DNA of 64,000 nucleotides from an uncultured Bacilli bacterium (GTDB lineage Bacteria; Bacillota_I; Bacilli_A; RFN20; CAG-288): NCBI GenBank assembly GCA_944371605.1, contig CALVXU010000009.1, positions 56,866 to 120,865 of the forward strand, read 5' to 3'. Shown piece by piece: positions 57,956 to 64,000 of this stretch (position 1 is its first letter; each line of letters starts with the position of its first letter). The notes under the pieces were generated by a model. It saw only the letters and a program-made list of their open reading frames with translations, ran no database searches and was not told where the DNA came from. The position numbers and the translations under genes were made by a program.

Positions 57956-60087
57956 CTTTTAGTCCTCTTATTCTTTAAAAAGATATTTAATGATAGACCA
58001 TTGATAATAGCCAAACGAATATAAAAATCATTGTGCTCAACATTTCCAGCATCCGTGAATACTAGATTGACATAATCATCAAAATTATACGTAAAAGATT
58101 GCTTAGTAGGATTAAAAATCAAATATAATTCTTGATCGTCATAGATATAATTAATCTTGATAGCATTATGATCTAAATTTTCAAATGTGATATGCTTATT
58201 CACATCTTTTAAACTGTCAGTAAGAGCAAAAAAACGCTTTTTAAAATGTATGACATCTTTAAAAAACAAGAGTAAATCTTTTCTATGATAGGCGATATCA
58301 TAATCAAATCCATTAATCTCATCGCCAGCATTATAAGTATTGCCTAATCCTTCTTTAGATAATCCGATTTCTTGACCAGCATGAAAAAAAGGTATCCCAC
58401 TAGCTAAACAGGTGGCAGCATTGCACAGCTTGAGGCGCTTAAAGATATCTTCTTCACTCTCATCTTGACAGCAGCTCTTAAGCTTATCATAGAGAGTATG
58501 ATTGTCATGACATTCGATATAATTTATCGATTGAAGAGGTGAACTGAGCAATGGTGCAAAAGCCAAAGCGATTGACGAACCTAAAAATACATGTTTGAAT
58601 CCATCGATATAATTTGTATCCCCTGAAAGATATCCTTTCACTGATAAAGAAGTAGTACTCCCTTTGACAATATCACGGAAACGATCGTTGAAGAAGGCGA
58701 TACCCTTCAATTGATGAGAATTAGAGATAGAAGCTTTTTTATCTCCTGGTAAAGCGGTCGGCAAGTCCCAGCCCTCGCCATATAAAAGCGCTTCTGGTTT
58801 TCTTTCAATCACTGCTTGATATGCTTTGTTGACAGTATCAATATCTAAAATGCCGAGTAGATCAAATCGGAAACCATCGACATCATAGAAGTCTAAAAGA
58901 TGCATCAATGAATCGATGATGAGCTTTCTCGCCATATAATGTCGAGATTCAAAATCGTTACCGCATCCAGAGCCATTAGAGGATGAGTGATCATGATTAG
59001 TACGAAAATAATATTTTGGAACTAAAACCGCTAGGGGATTGAATTCAACACAGAAAACGTGATTGTATACAACGTCAAGAATGACTCTCAGCCCATGAGC
59101 ATGCATCTGTCCGATAAGGTTTCTTAATTCCAAGACACGCGAATAAGGATCTTTAGGATTCAAAGAATAAGAACCTTCAGGTGCGAAGAAGAAATAAGGG
59201 TCATATCCCCAATTATAACTATCTTTTGGTCTTTCATCATCGATGGTGTGAAAATCTAACACTGGCAATAACTGAATATGAGTCATACCTAAAGAAGCGA
59301 TATAATCTAATCCGATAGGCTCACCTTTCTTGGCTTGATTATCAAGAGAAAGGGCAGAAAAAGTTCCGGGATGAGGAATTGAAGTTTTAGAAGTCATATC
59401 ACGAACCGAACATTCATAAATAAAAGCTTTTAACGGATCAGAAAAAGGAGGCAAGCTTTCATCATGAGTCGATATCGATTTGATCTTTTCAGGATTGATG
59501 ACATAACCGATTCGAGAATTGATGCCGACTGAATAACTATAAGGATCGACAACATCTTTAGTCTCACCAAAAATAGTCGGAGAATACAGATAGCTTGCTT
59601 CGTCTAAATCTCCTTCCACATCTATCGAAAAGACACCGTTTTCGCGATCAGGTATCATCTTATATATTTCTAATCTATCACTATTTTTGCGCTGTATTTT
59701 CAATAGTACTTCCGTTGCGAAAGGAGAGAAAACACGGAAGGTTGTTTTATCAGTGTGATAAACAGCACCTAATTCTCCATCGAAGCGATATTTCTTTTCA
59801 AATTCCTCTTGTTCAGCTAAAAAAGAGATATCTAGCGGAATAAAATAATTCTCACTCGTTTTAATCTCATATTTTCTTCCAGGAACATAGATGAAATCAT
59901 TTAGTAAGAGACTATAGATAAAAGTGGACTGAGATTCGCTTTTACTCACTGGTTCGATATCACAGATGATTTTGTCATCCTCATAAAGCGTGAATAACTT
60001 TTTAGGAGAAGTATAAAAGTCTTTACTGATTGTGACTTCGATGATGTTTTCACTTTTAGCAGTGGCTAGTAATACTGGTTTTCTCAT
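57952..60087 (-). CDS. pulA: type I pullulanase (GH13)
   Basis: YNWGYDP, DVVYNH, GFRFDLLG, YGEGW, INYIECHDN, FFHAGQE. Confidence 0.92.
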   Translation of the reverse strand: MRKPVLLATAKSENIIEVTISKDFYTSPKKLFTLYEDDKIICDIEPVSKSESQSTFIYSLLLNDFIYVPGRKYEIKTSENYFIPLDISFLAEQEEFEKKYRFDGELGAVYHTDKTTFRVFSPFATEVLLKIQRKNSDRLEIYKMIPDRENGVFSIDVEGDLDEASYLYSPTIFGETKDVVDPYSYSVGINSRIGYVINPEKIKSISTHDESLPPFSDPLKAFIYECSVRDMTSKTSIPHPGTFSALSLDNQAKKGEPIGLDYIASLGMTHIQLLPVLDFHTIDDERPKDSYNWGYDPYFFFAPEGSYSLNPKDPYSRVLELRNLIGQMHAHGLRVILDVVYNHVFCVEFNPLAVLVPKYYFRTNHDHSSSNGSGCGNDFESRHYMARKLIIDSLMHLLDFYDVDGFRFDLLGILDIDTVNKAYQAVIERKPEALLYGEGWDLPTALPGDKKASISNSHQLKGIAFFNDRFRDIVKGSTTSLSVKGYLSGDTNYIDGFKHVFLGSSIALAFAPLLSSPLQSINYIECHDNHTLYDKLKSCCQDESEEDIFKRLKLCNAATCLASGIPFFHAGQEIGLSKEGLGNTYNAGDEINGFDYDIAYHRKDLLLFFKDVIHFKKRFFALTDSLKDVNKHITFENLDHNAIKINYIYDDQELYLIFNPTKQSFTYNFDDYVNLVFTDAGNVEHNDFYIRLAIINGLSLNIFLKNKRTKR

Positions 60088-60100
60088 ATTTCATGCACCT

Positions 60101-60430
60101 TTAATCTTGATATAAAATGACAATAGCGATCGCTTTATCATCATGTGATAAAGAAACGAAAGCAGGAAGTTTTTGATCATCTAGATATAGAAGAGGCATT
60201 CCTTGTTGATTCTTCTTCACACAGAGCTTTTGATAATTAACAGTCTTATTTTGACTCGCTTTCACATAGCTTTCTTTGACAGCGAAACGTGAAGCTAAAT
60301 AGCTGGCTTTATCTGCAGCTCTTAAGTATTCTAGATATTCAATCGGATGAAGGACTCTTTTAGCCAAGTCATCCTTATCTTCATATCTCTTGATATCAGC
60401 GATATCTATTCCGACACCTAATATTTTCAT
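60101..60430 (-). CDS. acpS: holo-ACP synthase
   Basis: GVGIDIADI, LASRFAVKESYVKA, VSLSHD. Confidence 0.9.
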   Translation of the reverse strand: MKILGVGIDIADIKRYEDKDDLAKRVLHPIEYLEYLRAADKASYLASRFAVKESYVKASQNKTVNYQKLCVKKNQQGMPLLYLDDQKLPAFVSLSHDDKAIAIVILYQD

Positions 60431-61662
60431 CTCTTTTTCAAATAGAATACACTTCTCGGAAATGCCATAAAATCGGTTGTGAAAGTTTGAAATGATTTAT
60501 ACGGTATTTTAGTTGTTTGAGTGATAATTCCTGTATATGGTAAATTGTTGGCAAAAGCAGATACAAAATTATTGAATAACTTATCGTTAACGACTAGATT
60601 AGGCAGACTTTTCGAATAATAATCATCAATACATGCAGATAAATCTTGCCGTGAAATCTTTTTGTTTAGATGTGTTATGTAATTGACTAAAAAGTTCTTT
60701 AAAGCGAGTCCTTTCTCAGTCATAAACTGTAATACTAGATAAGTATCTTCACTTCCCTGCTTAAACTCCACATTGACTAAATGGCTGGAAAATTCGTCTA
60801 AACCTTTCAAAAACTCCTCATTTTTTGCGAAGTAAATATCAACTAAAATCTCATAAATATAAAACAATAATTGTCCATATTTTTCATAAAGGTCTTTACG
60901 AGGCGAAAATTTGATTCCCAAAGATAATATCGGATAAGTCAAATCTCTTTCTTCTTCTTGGTAGCTTTCTTTGACAGTCGCGTAATTCTCTTCATATTTC
61001 TTTTCAACACTTGAAGGATAAGTGTTGCTGAGCATTCTCAATTGATCGACACCATGTAAAACCTCATCAGGAGTATAATCACCGATGACGAACAAGGTTA
61101 TCTTGCTCGGAGTATAGTATTTTTGCAAATACTTTTTCAAAGCTGTGTAATGAATTGATACTAAATCACTTTGTTCTGGAATGATTCCATACTTGATAGG
61201 CGATGAATAATAAAGATTATCAATCACTTTACGACAGGAATAAGAAAGATCAGTTTCTGGAATCGATTTAATCGTTTTCTTAGCTGTTTCAACATCATTT
61301 TCATCAAACGATGATGGCACCAATAATTTTAATAATTCCTGGAATGGTTCAAAAACATCTCTCATAGTGAAAACCGAAAAAGAAGTATAAGAAAAATCCG
61401 TATGGCTTTTTAAGATTGCACCTTCTTTTAAAAAACGTTCACGAATATCTTTTCGAGAGATGACACGTTCTAAAACATATGGTGTCCCAAAAGGAATTTT
61501 GGACTTGTCGATCAGTTCATCATGTTTAAAACCGCCTTGTGCGATATAAACACCGGCTGCTCTGATATGACTTTTGGATGGGATAAAAATCAATTTTAAA
61601 CCATTGTCAAATTTTTGTTCATAAAACGGACAATAAAGATGTCCATAATCTGATTTGATCAT
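60427..61662 (-). CDS. M16 peptidase-like protein (YmfH-like), zinc motif degenerate
   Basis: FDNGLKLIFIP, PFGTPYVLERV at the HxxEH position, KYYTPSKITLFVIGD; synteny with ftsK. Confidence 0.7.
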   Translation of the reverse strand: MIKSDYGHLYCPFYEQKFDNGLKLIFIPSKSHIRAAGVYIAQGGFKHDELIDKSKIPFGTPYVLERVISRKDIRERFLKEGAILKSHTDFSYTSFSVFTMRDVFEPFQELLKLLVPSSFDENDVETAKKTIKSIPETDLSYSCRKVIDNLYYSSPIKYGIIPEQSDLVSIHYTALKKYLQKYYTPSKITLFVIGDYTPDEVLHGVDQLRMLSNTYPSSVEKKYEENYATVKESYQEEERDLTYPILSLGIKFSPRKDLYEKYGQLLFYIYEILVDIYFAKNEEFLKGLDEFSSHLVNVEFKQGSEDTYLVLQFMTEKGLALKNFLVNYITHLNKKISRQDLSACIDDYYSKSLPNLVVNDKLFNNFVSAFANNLPYTGIITQTTKIPYKSFQTFTTDFMAFPRSVFYLKKR

Positions 61663-62795
61663 CTGTCACCTCCACTAGCTAAAAGAATCGCTTGCACAAA
61701 AGTTTGTTTTTGATAATCTTTCAAATCATCAGCTGTGCAGGAAATATCAAAAAATTCTTCACCTTCAAGATCAAACGCAAGTCCGACAAAGAAGCGAGAT
61801 AAAACACGTTCAGCATCTAAAAGCATAGAAAGACGTCTTTCTTCATTATAAAGCATAGCTTCATCATAGAAAGAAGAAACATCATCGGAAATATTGTTAT
61901 CAAGTTTTAAAAAGCTTTGTTCAACAAGATAGTTTGCTTTTTTAAGTGCACAAGAAAAAGAGATGACGACATGATCTCTATCGACAAAATGCCACGAAGG
62001 TACTATTTCAACACCTAAGCGCTGATTAACATCACTTTCAAATTTTAAGCATAAGGCCTTGATGAAAGTTCCAAGGATGTCTAATTCATGATACGAATGA
62101 ATGGTAGGAACTTTTAAAAGATAACCGACAGCCTCTTTCTTCAATCGGTTATCAATTAAAAAATTTTTGCCGAATAAATCAGCAGTATTATTTATAATAG
62201 GCAGTTCAAGACTATACTTGTCTAGTGGATCTAATGGCTTCTTCAGCTCTGGCCCTAAGTATAAAACATCACCCACATTATTAGCTTTTAAGACCTCAAA
62301 AACTTTTTTAACATCAGCGATAGTTGTATTTTTTAATTTTTCTATATCGAGGAAAGGAATCGCTAAAAAAGAAGGAATGCTAGCTAAAACCATTTGCTCA
62401 GCATAATCACTGAAATTGATAGTTTCATAAATCAATTCATTTTTAACATTTTCAAACAAGTGATTATCAACATCAAAACCATTCTGATATAAACTCCTGA
62501 ACAATTCCAGCCCTTCTTTATACGGATCTGTAAAAATATGTGAAAGAGCGGGATGGACTGTTTGTGATATCTCGCCGATAAAGGCTAGACCTGTTTGACA
62601 CAATGAAACTCGAAAATTGAATTCAAATCCAGCAAGATTTAACAAGTTCTTTTTTTTGATAAATTTAGGATGAGACGTCAATAATCTCGCTAATAAAGAA
62701 TATGCCTCAAGATTTTCTTTTTTTAAAAAATCGCAATGAATCACATATCGTCTAGCAAACGCTTTGGTGTAAAGATAATTTTTTTGAATAGCCAT
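61659..62795 (-). CDS. divergent M16 inactive-domain protein (YmfF-like)
   Basis: Start 62795 behind GGAGG; FENVKNELI, LKNTTIADVKK resemble YmfF; between ftsK and YmfH-like gene. Confidence 0.55.
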   Translation of the reverse strand: MAIQKNYLYTKAFARRYVIHCDFLKKENLEAYSLLARLLTSHPKFIKKKNLLNLAGFEFNFRVSLCQTGLAFIGEISQTVHPALSHIFTDPYKEGLELFRSLYQNGFDVDNHLFENVKNELIYETINFSDYAEQMVLASIPSFLAIPFLDIEKLKNTTIADVKKVFEVLKANNVGDVLYLGPELKKPLDPLDKYSLELPIINNTADLFGKNFLIDNRLKKEAVGYLLKVPTIHSYHELDILGTFIKALCLKFESDVNQRLGVEIVPSWHFVDRDHVVISFSCALKKANYLVEQSFLKLDNNISDDVSSFYDEAMLYNEERRLSMLLDAERVLSRFFVGLAFDLEGEEFFDISCTADDLKDYQKQTFVQAILLASGGDR

Positions 62796-62796
62796 T

Positions 62797-63999
62797 TTAT
62801 TCCTCCATAGGTCTTCTTTGTACAACGATATTCTTGCCGCCTTGAATGCTTTGAACAATGCCGTCAGAACGCAATCTAGCGATCACTTGATCCGATTTTG
62901 AATAAGAGATTGAGAAGTTGCGCATGATATTCGATTTAGATACAATACCTGTTTTCATGACATAATCTTTAATCTCTTCATACATATCATCAAAAGACTG
63001 AGCTTTTCCAACACTCGGATCTTCATCTTTGACTTCCAAATCTAAAAAATCAGGATCATAATTAGGATCACCGGCTTTATCGTGCACATATTCTAAAACA
63101 CGTTCCATGTCTTCGTTAGAAATAAATGGTGATTGAGCGCGGATCAACGATTTTTTACCTGGTGCTTTAAACAACAAGTCTCCTTTACCTAAAAGCGTTT
63201 CTGCACCATTTTCATCAAGAATAACACGCGAATCAACGCCAGTTGAACAACAAAGACCGATACGGCATGAAATATTACCTTTGACAGTCATCGGTATGAC
63301 ATCCTTGCTAGGCCTCTGTGTAGCGATAATCAGATAAATACCTGCTGCGCGGGCTTTTTGAGTGAGTCTTTGTACACAGCTAGCCACTTCATCACCACCT
63401 GTTTGCATCAAATCAGCAAATTCATCGATGACACATACAACATTTGGCATCTCTTCCATCTGATCTTCACGATTAATTCTCTTTTCTAAATATTCGCTGA
63501 TTTTTACACAATGCCATTTAGAGAGGACCGAATAACGCCTATCCATTTCTTCACATAACTTTTGTAAAGCCGTAATGGCACTAGCAGGATTAGAAACAAC
63601 TGGGCAATAGAGATGTGGTTCCAAGTTATATTTAGCAAATTCCACTTGCTTAGGGTCGATCAACATCAATTTTAATTGAGAAGGATAATTTCGCATGATT
63701 AAAGTCATAATCATCGAATGAACTAAAACAGATTTACCAGAGCCAGTCGTACCAGCTACTAATAAGTGCGGCATATCATTTAACGGATATGTGACAATTT
63801 TTCCAGAGATATCTTTTCCGATAGGTAAGAGCAGATTATCTTTAGTATTTTTTTCAATCTCCATGAAAACTTCTTTGAAAGGCACGGCCATAGGAGCAGC
63901 ATTTCCGATTTCAATGCCTGATGTAGAGCGCCCTTCAACTACTGTTTCAATACGGACAGATTTATCACCATTCAATGCGATCTGTAAATCATTTGCTAA
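62797..63999 (-). CDS. ftsK: DNA translocase FtsK/SpoIIIE, N-terminus beyond window edge
   Basis: PHLLVAGTTGSGKS, IDPKQVE, IDEFADLM, ATQRPS, GAETLLGKGDLLF, gamma domain; frame open to window end. Confidence 0.96.
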   Translation of the reverse strand, partial: LANDLQIALNGDKSVRIETVVEGRSTSGIEIGNAAPMAVPFKEVFMEIEKNTKDNLLLPIGKDISGKIVTYPLNDMPHLLVAGTTGSGKSVLVHSMIMTLIMRNYPSQLKLMLIDPKQVEFAKYNLEPHLYCPVVSNPASAITALQKLCEEMDRRYSVLSKWHCVKISEYLEKRINREDQMEEMPNVVCVIDEFADLMQTGGDEVASCVQRLTQKARAAGIYLIIATQRPSKDVIPMTVKGNISCRIGLCCSTGVDSRVILDENGAETLLGKGDLLFKAPGKKSLIRAQSPFISNEDMERVLEYVHDKAGDPNYDPDFLDLEVKDEDPSVGKAQSFDDMYEEIKDYVMKTGIVSKSNIMRNFSISYSKSDQVIARLRSDGIVQSIQGGKNIVVQRRPMEE

Positions 64000-64000
64000 A

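Noticed and set aside
1170-62406. Many 60-150 aa antisense or alternate-frame ORFs in the track (e.g. 7121-7528, 17487-17894, 47113-47514)
   Set aside because: They lie within well-supported genes, lack RBS and motifs, and are expected shadow ORFs.
1-64000. UGA=Trp recoding (Mycoplasma-like code 4)
   Set aside because: Conserved Trp are TGG, and TGA closes genes at ATGA overlaps (e.g. 2660-2663, 55563-55566).
1-64000. CRISPR arrays, rRNA, tRNA or riboswitches
   Set aside because: No regularly spaced repeats or cloverleaf/rRNA signatures seen by eye; an Infernal/Rfam and tRNAscan-SE run would be needed to exclude small RNAs.

Overview
AT-rich chromosomal segment using standard genetic code 11, most consistent with an anaerobic gut/rumen Bacilli lineage close to Erysipelotrichales/Mollicutes (taxonomy is inference). 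In order: pepV-trmB-hypothetical-mtaB; a CIRCE-controlled hrcA-grpE-dnaK-dnaJ operon; a tyrosine phosphatase; a more AT-rich island (~10.7-15.9 kb) with a 795-aa secreted protein, a membrane protein, a decayed ORF and an IS1595-family transposase remnant not assembled by the ORF track; adhE with a cotranscribed APH-fold kinase; a ~19-kb glucuronide/glucuronate locus (GH2 with NxKG motif, AraC broken at a T9 run, uxuA-uxuB-uxaC-eda-kdgK, a surface operon of CBM-like protein + 4-TM protein + doubly anchored permuted GH3 + large lipoprotein, and a long-tailed GPH-family MFS); rpmB; glgCDA; a degenerate ABC-ATPase/permease fusion; a second 4-TM + GH3 cassette; a JetABC/MksFEB-like SMC operon with no JetD nuclease nearby; a DUF1624 + acyl-CoA ligase pair; and ftsK-M16-M16-acpS-pulA-plsC. 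The best leads are the surface glucuronide system tied together by a shared 22-bp-period TGCAA motif, its possibly switchable AraC, the repeated 4-TM+GH3 module and the nuclease-less Wadjet-like condensin. No rRNA, tRNA or CRISPR array was recognised. Family calls come from motif recognition by eye, not database searches.
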